Below, one piece after another: positions 39,765-50,528 of a stretch of DNA of 64,000 nucleotides. The notes beneath the pieces were generated by a model. That model worked only from the letters and a program-made list of their open reading frames with translations, made no database searches and had not been told where the DNA came from. The translations under genes and the position numbers were made by a program. Each line of letters opens with the position of its first letter. The first letter of the stretch is position 1. This DNA is from Octopus sinensis (lineage: Eukaryota): NCBI RefSeq assembly GCF_006345805.1, contig NC_043003.1, positions 62,434,001-62,498,000 of the forward strand, written 5' to 3'.

Positions 39765-40371
39765 TGTTCTTGATTCGACAGTCATTCGGAATGCTCACAG
39801 CAGCCATATTCCTACCACTCTATGTCACGCTGGTGAGACCCATATTGGAGTATGGGATTCAAGCCTCTTCTCCTTATCTCCTCAAAGACATACAGCATCT
39901 CGAAAGAGTCCAGAAGCTGGCTACCCGCATGGTTCATGGTCTCAAAAATTTGTCCTACGAAGAAAGGCTGAGGACGCTCGACCTTTATTCTCTTGAAAAA
40001 CGCCGCCGCCGTGGTGATCTCATTCTCGTCCACAACATCATACGCGGAAAGTGTAACCTCTCGAAAGAGCTGTTCTTCACTCCTGCTCCAGAGCGTTGGC
40101 TGCGGGGTCATTCCGAAAAGCTCTACCTGCGACGATTTCATCTCAGTCGAAGGAGAGGAGCTTTCTCCGTCCGGGTTGCGGATCCGTGGAACAAGCTGCC
40201 AGATGAGATTGTAAAGATGCCGACAACCGCTTTGTTCAAAGCCTCCCTGGACCTCAAGTGGCCTGAACTCTTTACATGAACACCACCCTGTACTTAACTC
40301 CATGTCCCCCTACATGGCCTTGCTATTTGCTTTTGAGCCAAATTAACTAACTAACTAACTAACTAACTAAC
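39765..40371 (+). mobile_element. Young 5'-truncated CR1-clade LINE
   Basis: About 170 uninterrupted codons (LYVTLVRPILEYG...HLERVQKLATRMV..LSYEERL..LDLYSLEKRRRRGDLI...RGHSEKL...FSVRVADPWNKLP), a short 3' UTR with hairpin CCATGT/ACATGG (40300-40317), a (TAAC)n tail and retained CpGs. Confidence 0.95.
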
Positions 40372-40969
40372 ATATAGTGCGTGTGTGTTTATTTGGTACA
40401 AGATAAATAAATAAATGACCATCCTGAAATATAACAATAAATAAATAGAATATGCAAATGAGTAGATCCAGTTCTCTAATGCTGCTGGGTTTGCTGTTGT
40501 ATGGAAACAAGATAGGATGCTTGTTTTTCTGGAATTGGTCATGTGATGTAAACACCTCAAGAGATCCCCAATAAGGTTCAAAGATTAAAGTTGTTTGTCA
40601 TTTTTCAGTCTATGGAGAAGTAGATAAATTTGCCCTGTTTGTAAATTAACTATGTAAGTTTACACACATACACACACACACGCAAATATATTTTATCCTT
40701 TACTTGTTTCAATCACTGGACTGTGGCTATGCTGGGACACCACCTTGAAGGGGGAATTGCCCCCAGCACTTACTTTGCTTTTAAGCCTGGTACTTACTTT
40801 ATTGGTCCCTTGTGTTCAACCACTAACTTACAGGTGTGTAAACAAATCAAAACTGGTTATTAATTAGTTTGGTGGGCAAACACAAAGACACACACCCATA
40901 AATACATACATACGTGTATAATATATATATATAATTATTATATAATTATTATTTGCACATCTACACATG

Positions 40970-41128
40970 AGAGGCTTCCACACAGTTTCCATCTACCTAA
41001 TTCCCTCAAAAGGCATTGGTTAGACTGGGGCTATAGTAAGAGCCACTCTCCCAAGGTGCAATGGTGTGTGATTGAATCCCAAACCAGTATGGCTGCTAAG
41101 TGAGCTTCTTAACCACACAGCCATGCCC
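40970..41128 (-). mobile_element. tRNA-derived SINE, family C (others at about 3722-3860 -, 20088-20300 +, 42755-42870 -, 48455-48600 -)
   Basis: Reverse complement ggctgtgtggttaagaagc...accttggg.gagtg.ct.cttactatagcc...gtagatggaaactg. Confidence 0.75.
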
Positions 41129-42586
41129 GTTCCTATCTATAACTTTTATCTTTCACTTGTTTCAGTCTGACTGTGGCCATGCTGGGGCACTACCTTGAAG
41201 AGTTTGTAGTCAAGGTAATAGACTCCAGCACTTTTTGTTAAACCTGGTACTCATTCAACCAGTCTCTTTTGCATTGATTCATGTATAAACGGTTGATATA
41301 TATGCACACACACAGGTGTATGCTGGTTCATATATGAGTAATGTTTTGTGCATATTTGAAAAATAAAGTTAAGTAATTAAATGGACTGGGAAATACATAA
41401 TTTTGATAAATTTACATGAATACTTTTCTTTTGTAAGGTCGTGCTTTTATTTTGAACTTACTGCTTCAGTACCATGTCAGGAATGTTAACAGTTGATTAA
41501 ATTGGTCCTTGTATTTGGTTGGTTTTAATAAATTACCCCAGAAAAATAAACAGCAACTTTGTCCCTGGTGAGATTTGAACTTATAAGCTAAACACTTCAA
41601 GGAATTTCATTTGATATGCTACCTATTCTGATCAGTTACTCTCTACTGATTTTTATAATAAAAACTAATCAAAGTTTAGAAAGACATGAATATTGAGGAA
41701 GCTAGCAGAATTCTTGAAGGAGTGTTGAATATTTTAGGAGTGTTGAATATTTTAGGAGTGCAATTTCTAACTAGATAATGAAAGCAAAGTAAAGAATAAA
41801 AGCAACAACTCAGCTTCGTAGAATTCAGAGATTCTTCATTAAGTAATTTTATTGAATAACATTATTCTTGTAAGAATCATGTTCCATTTTCATTTATTTT
41901 CAAATGTTCATTACCTCCTAAAAATATCTAGACTTGCTGCTGCCTTCATTGAGATGAGTGAAAAACTGAAATAAGTATTTGCTGAATTAAAAAGAAAAAT
42001 CACAAGCCTGTTGACAAATACAACTCATGTAAACAGAGATTGCATTTACCAATTTATATCTATTTTTAACGAAATGAGTGAAGCCAATGGCAAAGTATTT
42101 TTAGGCAAATAATAGGATTGAATAATAAATATATTGATGTAAAGATTTACTAGAAGTGATACTTGTTTTCCCCTGAAATAAGTAATTATCAAAGGTTCAA
42201 AAATATCACCTTTTAGTAAAAATACTTTATATAACAGTTTATTTCATATAAATGTAGACAATTTTAGATTTAGCAATATAAAGAGGGTTTCTCTTTAATA
42301 AGAATGTTATACTTTTTTTCTTTATAATTTCTTCAATTAGATCTTATGTGTCATAAATGCTTGACACCACACACCAAGACCTGCTACTTAAGTATGAGAT
42401 TCTGTATGTTTGCTAATTTGACATCATGTTTACCATTTCATCTCCTCATTTACTCTTTTGCTGGATTTAGCTTGGTTTTCATTATAGTGATCTCTGTTTG
42501 TAAAACTACTAGTTTACAAAATATAAAGGGCTTACATAAACATTTCATTTTAGAGTGCTATGAATATACATGAACACACATACACA

Positions 42587-42637
<51 letters not shown>

Positions 42638-43558
42638 TGCACCACAAACATCCACACGCACACATACACACGCACGCACACACACGTGCACCATAAACCC
42701 CCAAGCAAGCACATCATTCCCCCTAAACCCCTCACACACTCACAATAGGCTTTTACAGTTTTCATCTACCTAGGCAACCTATGGTCGAAATAGAAAACAC
42801 CAGAGGTGATGTGAAGCGAGATCAAAGCTAGAACCACACAGATGCAATGCTTCTCAATCACACAGCTACATTGGTTATTGTATGTTCTGTTCTTTGTTCT
42901 TTAGCTGCAGGTTAATCTTTATCAAAGAAAACAATGATTAAAAGCAATAACTTTTCCAGTCATGCCCACCCCTAAACTAGATAGTCATAGTTATAATTCA
43001 ATTAGAATCACTAAATATCATATTATTACATGTGTCCATTTTGTTTAAAACAGTTGTGTTTGCTTTGAACAATATTTGGCTGCTGTTTTTAGCATGTCAT
43101 ACAAACATGTAGAGCTTCTTTCAGTTTGATTCTGCTCATGTTTCATTCATAAGCGACTGTATGAAAAACACAGTGTAGCATTATTTCTATTATCCTCCTT
43201 TCAAAAATGACATTGTTTATGCTTTATGTTTTCATTTATATAAACTAAAAGTTTCTCCAAAATCAAATGACTGGAGGCATTTTTAACACCACCTTCTTGG
43301 TTGTGAAATAACTTCTTTTTTTAATTTCATTTTTGTATTTGGTTTGTAAAATTCTTGATATGAACCAGTGTGTTCAAACAGATTTTGTTATATCTCAGGA
43401 AAGTCATTATGCCAATACACGCACTGATTTTATCTCACTTCCTATTATTGTTTCTTCTATGCACAACAGATTAGATTGTTGGAAAAAATTCTGAACATCA
43501 GGCTACAACAAGTAACCTCAGATGCCAAGACCCTTCCTAAGTATCCTACTATTATTAT

Positions 43559-43924
43559 TATCTCTGCCTTTGCTAAGGTGGGGGTATTGTTTCCAGTTGT
43601 GTTTGTTTGTTTGTCCATGGACAAGATATCTAAAGAACTGCTGGATAGATTTGGATGAAACTTTCAGGGATGTTTAGCTTCATGACTGGCATGAACTGAT
43701 AAGATTTTAGGATTGATCCGGTACCGGACAATGATTCTGAATTATTTTTCCATTTTTTTTTACTTAATTTTTGAGAGTGGTCAGGTTCATTTTTAGTATT
43801 CTCATTTGTGAGAGCAGTCGAGTTTATTTCAGATATTCTCATTTTAAAAATCATTTCATTTAAAAATCATTGAGAGGACGTTGGTGTTGCCTTGATGGAG
43901 GTTTGTACTCTCTGAGTGCTCTTG
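43559..43924 (+). mobile_element. Non-autonomous element with tacctccgcc/ggcggaggt-like subterminal repeats (Helentron/HINE-like); fragments also at 44385-44442, 55533-55712 and 56351-56565
   Basis: 5' tatctctgcc..aaggtgggggtattgt, internal (gttt)n, 3' cttggcggaggtttgtact.tctgagtgctcttg. The family assignment is inferred from structure only. Confidence 0.5.
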
Positions 43925-44382
43925 TTATTATTATTAATGTTGTTGTTGTTGTTCAGGTGGTGAACTGGAAGAATCATTAGCACACCAGTTAAAATGCTTA
44001 GCAGCATTTCATCTATCTCTATGTTCTGAGTTCAAATTCTGCCTCAGTAGATTTTGCCTATCATTCTTTCAGGATCAAGGAAATCCGTACCAGTTGACCA
44101 CTTGAGTACTGGCACCAATGTAATTGATTTGCACCCCTCATAAAACATTTCAGGCCTTGTAGAAAGTATTATTGTTGTTGTGGTGGTGGTGGCAGTGATG
44201 TTTTGATCAAATGGACATGTTCCCTTCACTGACTTCAATATTTTAGGATTACCAGATTTTATTGCCTGTAAAACAAAAAATTTAGTCTCAGAGGTACTAT
44301 GGGTTATGGTCTAATGAATGGTCAGAATACAAGCCTCATCCTCAGTCCCAGAACCTAATAAATAATAGGCTGACAACAAAGA
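43762..44382 (+). repeat. About 620-bp local segmental duplication, copy A (copy B at 56405-57022)
   Basis: The colinear near-identical block contains the 3' part of the HINE-like element, a SINE and about 200 bp of otherwise unique DNA. The match ends abruptly at acaacaaaga. Confidence 0.95.
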
Positions 44383-44443
44383 GGACATTGAGAGGACATT
44401 GGTGTTGCCTTGGCGGAGGTTTGTACTTTCTGAGTGCTCTTGA

Positions 44444-44457
44444 TATTATTATTGTTA

Positions 44458-44528
<71 letters not shown>
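44444..44528. repeat. (ATT)n microsatellite; other simple repeats include (TACA)n 12561-12650, (AT)n 12860-12970 and 31700-31850, (CA)n 33060-33101, 42585-42685, 46610-46718, 50463-50524 and 63238-63268
   Basis: Read directly from the sequence. Confidence 0.95.
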
Positions 44529-44530
<2 letters not shown>

Positions 44531-45026
44531 GGTGGTGAGCTGACAGAATCGTTAGCATGCTGAACGAAATGCTTAGCAGTATTTCACTCATTGCTATGTT
44601 CTGAGGACAAATTCCGTCAAGGTTGACTTTGCCATTCACCCTTTCAGGGTTGATAAATTAAGTAACAGTGAAACACTGGGGTCGATGTAATTGGCTAGTC
44701 CCATCCCCCAATTTTCAGGCCTTGTGCTTATAGTAAAAAAGGATTATTATTATTATCATTATTATTATTATTTATTATTATTATTATATTATTATTATTA
44801 AGGTGGTGAGCTGACAGAATCGTTAGCATGCTGAACGAAATGCTTAGCAGTATTTCACTCATTGCTATGTTCTGAGGACAAATTCCGTCAAGGTTGACTT
44901 TGCCATTCACCCTTTCAGGGTTGATAAATTAAGTAACAGTGAAACACTGGGGTCGATGTAATTGGCTAGTCCCATCCCACAATTTTCAGGCCTTGTGCTT
45001 ATAGTAAAAAAGGATTATTATTATTA

Positions 45027-45081
<55 letters not shown>

Positions 45082-45340
45082 CATTATTATTAGTAGTAGT
45101 AGTAGTGGTAGTAGTTGTAGTAGTAAGACGGCAAGCTGGCAGAATCATGAGCATGCTGGATGAAATGCTTAGTGGTATTTCGTCTGCTGCTATGTTCTGA
45201 GTTCAAATTCTGCTGAGGTCGACTTTGCCTTTCATCCTTTCGAGGTCGATAAATTAAGTACCAGTGAAACACTGGGATTGATGTAATCAACTAGACCCCT
45301 CCCCCACACAATTTCAGGCCTTGTGCCTATAGTAGAAAAG

Positions 45341-45345
<5 letters not shown>
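44529..45345 (+). mobile_element. Three tandem tRNA-derived SINEs (family A) separated by (ATT)n; the first two are near-identical
   Basis: aagg.gg.gagctg.cagaatc.ttagc...gttc.gag..caaattc...ttcaggccttgtgc..atagta.aaa.gattatt at 44529-44745, 44800-45016 and 45124-45345. Confidence 0.9.
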
Positions 45346-45371
<26 letters not shown>

Positions 45372-45395
45372 GCAGCAGCAGCAGTTGTAGTAGTA

Positions 45396-45436
<41 letters not shown>

Positions 45437-47042
45437 TGCAGCAGCAGCAGCAGCAGCAACAATAGCAGCAGTCATTTGGTTAAGCTGTTAATCAACTGAT
45501 CAATTTTTTGATTACTTATTCAGGCAGCCAAAATCCTTTATTTGCCATTGAGGACCTCATTAATTATATGCCCTTTCTGTTGAAGGTCTGCTTCAGGTTT
45601 GTCTGCTGACTTTCAGGTTATAACCTTTCTCTACTGACAAACTAGATGGAAGTTTGTATGACTGCTTTTTCAATTCTTTCATTCATCAACTGTTTTTAGC
45701 TATTAGACTTTGATCACGTTGGGAAAATCATGTTTTAAAGTGTAGTTGATCTTGGTAAGATTAGAAACAAAATAGACCTAGCTGCCAGTTGTACTTAGGT
45801 TGCAAAAAGATGGACCAAATAACACAAGGTATTTCTTGTGATACTGTACTGATTCTGACATTAACTCATCATTGACAATAATTGTGATCAACTCAAATCC
45901 AGTGGATAAATTCATCAATATCAAGCAAATATTTTTCTTTTTATAAATTAATCAAACCGTCAAACTCATTTCAATCTTTGGATTTGTTTCAGCAATATTT
46001 CACTGCTATCTCTAGCAGCTCAGATGACCAACTAGAGTCTTCATCACCTCTATCTATTTATTTATTTATTTATTTATGAACAAACTCTATACTTAAGCAA
46101 GAACAAATGAGGTTGTTTGAAGTAGTCTGCCACAGCCATTACAGTTAGTTACAATACTTCTAAAATGCTTATATACTTAACTTTGGGTGACAGAGACTGC
46201 AAGCTGGAAAAATAATAGAATGACTAGCTGGTATAAACGGTGTAGATTGTTGGTTGTCTTTTGTGCTTCAGAGGATCTCTGGAATTCTCAAGGAAGAATT
46301 TAGATATCTGTTGGCTAGTTGATATTAGTTTATTGTTTTTAAAATTGGGGTAGGATGGCCATTTCTGTGAGGTGTGTGTGGGGGCCACAGGATTTTGAAT
46401 CATTGTCAAATGCTTGTGTTTTATCTAACTCTGTCCATGAGATGATGGTGGTCAATGTTATGATGTACAACAGGCAACAAGCAATGGTGTACCCCTCTTA
46501 TGTAATATAGATTTTGCTTTATAACTTCTCCGTTGACTTGTAAAGTAGGACCAACTGAACAAAACTGGTTTGGATGCATGTAATCTATGTTTATCTTACT
46601 AAAGTTGACACACACATATATATTCACCACACACACACACATACATACATACACACACACATACACACACGCACACACACACGCACACACACGCACACAC
46701 ACACACACACACACACATATTCAGATATTAAAGCTTGTAAATAAAAGAAGAAGTGTGAAATATGTTGTTTATCTAAATCAAAGTGATTTGCATCTTGTGT
46801 TTGATGCCACCCTAATCATTTGACTGGTTGCTTTTCTGTATGTTTTTTCTTTTTTTCTTTTTGTCTTTTTTGTATTTCATACTAATTTTTATAGATTCTG
46901 TTGGCTTCATTTTTCAAGGCTTGGCTATTGTTTTCATTGGCTTGTTGCTTAATCTTCTTTTCTCAAGATAGTCCTTTTTATCAGTCATGCTGTCACTGCT
47001 CATCTCTAAAAGCAGCAGTTGTCTCCATTGGTATTTTTTGTT

Positions 47043-47257
47043 GAGGGGATGCTGAAAAGTTCCTGGTTTTGGATAAAAGAAAATACAGGAGGATCATTTA
47101 ATTATGATTTTTATTTAAAATATTCCCTTCTCGGATTCACAAACTTATTGCAGTGGTCCTTCAGTTTTTCTAAGCCCTATGAAGAACTTGGAAGGGTGGG
47201 CCTCTAACCAGACCTTTCATGATACCCTTAAAACCAGGAACTTTTCAACATCCCCTT
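47043..47257. mobile_element. Tc1/mariner-type MITE
   Basis: About 27-bp TIRs (g/a)aggggatg(c/t)tgaaaagttcctggtttt; internal sequence shared with 39165-39421. Confidence 0.85.
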
Positions 47258-47879
47258 GTGTATCCAGTTTCATTAGATTGTTGTTCTGTTAAGTCTTTAC
47301 TGACTCGGTGAGGTATTTATGTCTTTTTGTGTGTATGTGTATGTGTGTGTCTGTGTGTATTATGAGTATTTCCTTCTGTATCTCTAAATTGTCATTCAAT
47401 TTCCAAGGTAAATTTTCTGGTAGGTGTAAACTCTTATTGTTATGGTTGGCATTGCTGTATCTCTATTGCTATCTCTACTGCTTATACATCATTTACACAT
47501 GTGTTATAGTTTTCAAAAATGAATTTATTCTGGTGTCTGAAAAGTGATGTCTTCATATTTTTACTGCTGAGCCAACTTATTTATTGTGTAATTATTTTAC
47601 ATCTCTCAGCGATTCACAGGAATATATTCAAAAGTTTTACAGAATGGACAGTGCTGTCTATTATTATTGGACAGTTTCTTCAACACTTTCTTCCTTAGAT
47701 CCCAAATGTACATTATAAGAGACAAGGCATTCTATCTATAAATAATACACAACAACTCTTGAACATCTCACTTGTAGTTCTGATATAATTTTAACACTTT
47801 TTCCTTCTTAAAGTAAATCGCTTCCACTTAAGATAATTTACATTTAACAAGCTTGTTTTTAATATCGTGAAGGTGCTTT

Positions 47880-48080
47880 ATTTTTCAGTATGGACTGATG
47901 GTATTTGGTTAATTTTAGCTTGTGTAGCATCCTTTTTATTTCTTGTGCAGCTGTAGCTAACTTTTGTGTTGTTCCTATTAAATAGCTCAGTGTGTCTACA
48001 GGTATTTGGAAGTGTTTTATGATTACTGTTATAAAATTTTTGTGCTACATTGATTACTACATTTGAACAAGAAGTTGTAT
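47880..48080 (-). pseudogene. Penelope-like element RT thumb/linker fragment
   Basis: Translation INVAQKFYNSNHKTLPNTCRHTELFNRNNTKVSYSCTRN resembles the PLE motif TN(I/V)GKKFL...FNRNxxK(V/I)SYSC. Confidence 0.65.
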
Positions 48081-49136
48081 TGGACTCGATGATGCTTTCT
48101 TTCTGGTTCTTGGAAAGAGAGAGATAGAGATAAGATAGATAGAGAACAAAAGAGGGGAGAAGAAAGAGAGAGAGAGGGAGTATCACAATGAAGAAACTGT
48201 TCTATTAATAAAGTTATATAACACCATCATCTTCATTTTTTGGCTGCTTACTATATATCTATATAAAATGGACACTCTTGTTAATTTTGATGTATAACTG
48301 ACCAGGTGAACAGCTGATCAATCAATGGGAGAAAGTGGTTGAGTATACCATAGATGTGTGTGCCATTAATGTAATTGTCAAGTTGAATTACCATGATACT
48401 GTGTGATTGGAATGTACTTGTTAGGAATGAATATGATACAGTTTATCTACAGGCTTCTAAACAGATTCCATTTATCCAGTTTCACTCACATAACTTGGGT
48501 AGACCTGAGGCCATGATTAAGACACTTACCTAAGATACCAGTTTTTGCTTTGAACCTGAAGCCTAAGGCTTGCAATGCAAACTTCTTACCCAATCAGCTA
48601 CACTTGTATGTATATATGCATGTGTATATACATGTTTGTATACACATGCATGTACACACACACACACACATCCAAACATAGGAAAGGCTGTGTCAATTTG
48701 TATTTTGCTGTGTAATGACATGAGATCCAGTTCTTGTCTACTGTGTGACATCTTTGACAAATGTTTTTTACTCTAGTTTTGGACTGACCAAACGTATCAA
48801 AACTCTTCACACATACGTGTGTGTATGTCTTTGTCTATGTGCACATGTTTGTCGATATTCCATGTTTTCATAGGTCACTGATGTCATATTTACATTCCCT
48901 GTACACAGTTCATGCTGTCACTGTTTTCAAAGACCAGTAGAATAAAAACCTACTTATTTGAAAAATGGGTAAAGGCTTGTAACAGGAAAAGCATTCAGCC
49001 ATAATATATTACCCCAAATAAATTTCTAACTAATCCATGCCTGCATAGTTAAAATGAACTTTAACAAATTGACAAACAAACCATCAGCATACATGCATTT
49101 ATACATAAAAATATAAATACATACATACATACATAC

Positions 49137-49205
<69 letters not shown>

Positions 49206-49216
49206 CATACATACAA

Positions 49217-49427
49217 ATAGACGATAAGAAAATGGAGGAAAAATAATAAAAAGTGTGTCTTTTGCGCTAGGAAGCCATTATTTAATTAGTTAAGAAAGGT
49301 AAGAGTATGATCGTTTCTGTGTAAACTCACTCTTACTCTCACCTTTCTTAACTGATTAACTAATGGCTTCCTAGCACAAAAAACACACTTCTTATTGTTA
49401 TTTTTCCTCCATTTTCTTATCATCTAT
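49217..49427. mobile_element. Palindrome with about 90-bp arms and a hammerhead relic at the apex; probable Penelope-like terminus
   Basis: atagacgataagaaaatggaggaaaaataa...aagaaaggtaagag pairs with ctcttac(tctcac)ctttctt...ttatttttcctccattttcttatcatctat. Confidence 0.7.
49299..49336 (-). ncRNA. Decayed type I hammerhead at a hairpin apex
   Basis: The minus strand reads GUAAGAG-UGA-GUUUACACA-GAAA-CGAUCAU-A-CUCUUAC. Stem I is a perfect 7 bp and stem III is one transition from the palindrome ACGAUCGU, but the CUGANGA box is reduced to UGA. Confidence 0.4.
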
Positions 49428-49591
49428 ATAAATTAAACTATGGTTTACCCTTTAATTTACCTGCTGCTGTATACCTTATACCAAGGATTACACTTACTGC
49501 GGTAATTACCAGGAGTAGATACATTTATCCCTTAGAGGATTTAAACACCTCTAACTCATACCTGCATACACACACACATATATATATACAC

Positions 49592-49622
<31 letters not shown>

Positions 49623-49645
49623 CATATGTATATATATATATATAT

Positions 49646-50101
49646 ATCCGACTCGTGGCCGTGGCACGTAAAATACTCCAATGCGACCGTACGACAGGCA
49701 CCCTTGCCAACCCCCTTTGCTTGTGAAGACATGTTGGGGCAAGCGAAATCGAAATCGAATTGAACCAGCCAGGATCCCTGGTCTGGTGGTACGTAAAAAG
49801 CACTATCCGACTCGTGGCCGATGCCAGCACCGCCTCGACTGGCTTCCGTGCCGGTGGCACATAAAATACACCAATCTGACCGTGGCCGTTGCCAGCCCCG
49901 CCTGGCACCTGTGCAGGTGGCACGTAAAAAGCACCCACTACACTCACGGAGTGGTTGGCATTAGGAAGGGCATCCAGCTGTAGAAACATTGCCAAATTAG
50001 ACTGGAGCCTGGTGCAGCCTTCTGGCTTCCAGAACCCCGGTCGAACCGTCCAACCCATGCTAGCATGGAGAACGGACGTTAAACGACGATGATGATGATG
50101 A

Positions 50102-50105
<4 letters not shown>
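49646..50105 (+). mobile_element. Young, CpG-rich RTE 3' UTR copy with (GAT)n tail
   Basis: Repeated gtgccggtggcacgtaaaaagcac-like units, then ggaagggcatccagctgtagaaac...ccaacccatgctagcatgg...gttaaacgacgatgatgat. Confidence 0.85.
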
Positions 50106-50140
<35 letters not shown>

Positions 50141-50464
50141 AGTATATGCATATACACATATATATATATACATGTGTGTGTGTGTGTGTGTAATTTTATA
50201 TGCTTAATTCTGGAACATGACACATTGATAGGAAACAATTTCTGAAGCAGTCTGTCAGAGATGAGAAAAGGATAAAAGTTCAATTTAAAGTTTAAAAAAT
50301 TGTTATTAAAAATTGTCAAACATAGATACAGGAAAAAAAAAATCATGTTTTGTAATTATTATATGAAGGAAAAGAGAGAACAGTACATTTCCAGCAAGAT
50401 TTCTCTTTTGTATAGAATAAAGAATAGTCAATGAAAAGTGATTTTTACAGTTTGTAGAAAAATG

Positions 50465-50528
<64 letters not shown>

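Noticed and set aside
42545-42773. His/Thr or Cys/Val repeat ORFs (also many YI-, HT- and polyN-type ORFs elsewhere)
   Set aside because: Microsatellite translations.
49463-49526. Possible minus-strand exon (GINVSTPGNYRSKCNPWYKVYSS)
   Set aside because: Weak acceptor, two competing donors, and no homology recognised.
49525-50346. 273-aa ORF, the longest in the track
   Set aside because: A chance read-through of (AT)n/(CA)n microsatellites and the antisense of an RTE 3' UTR.
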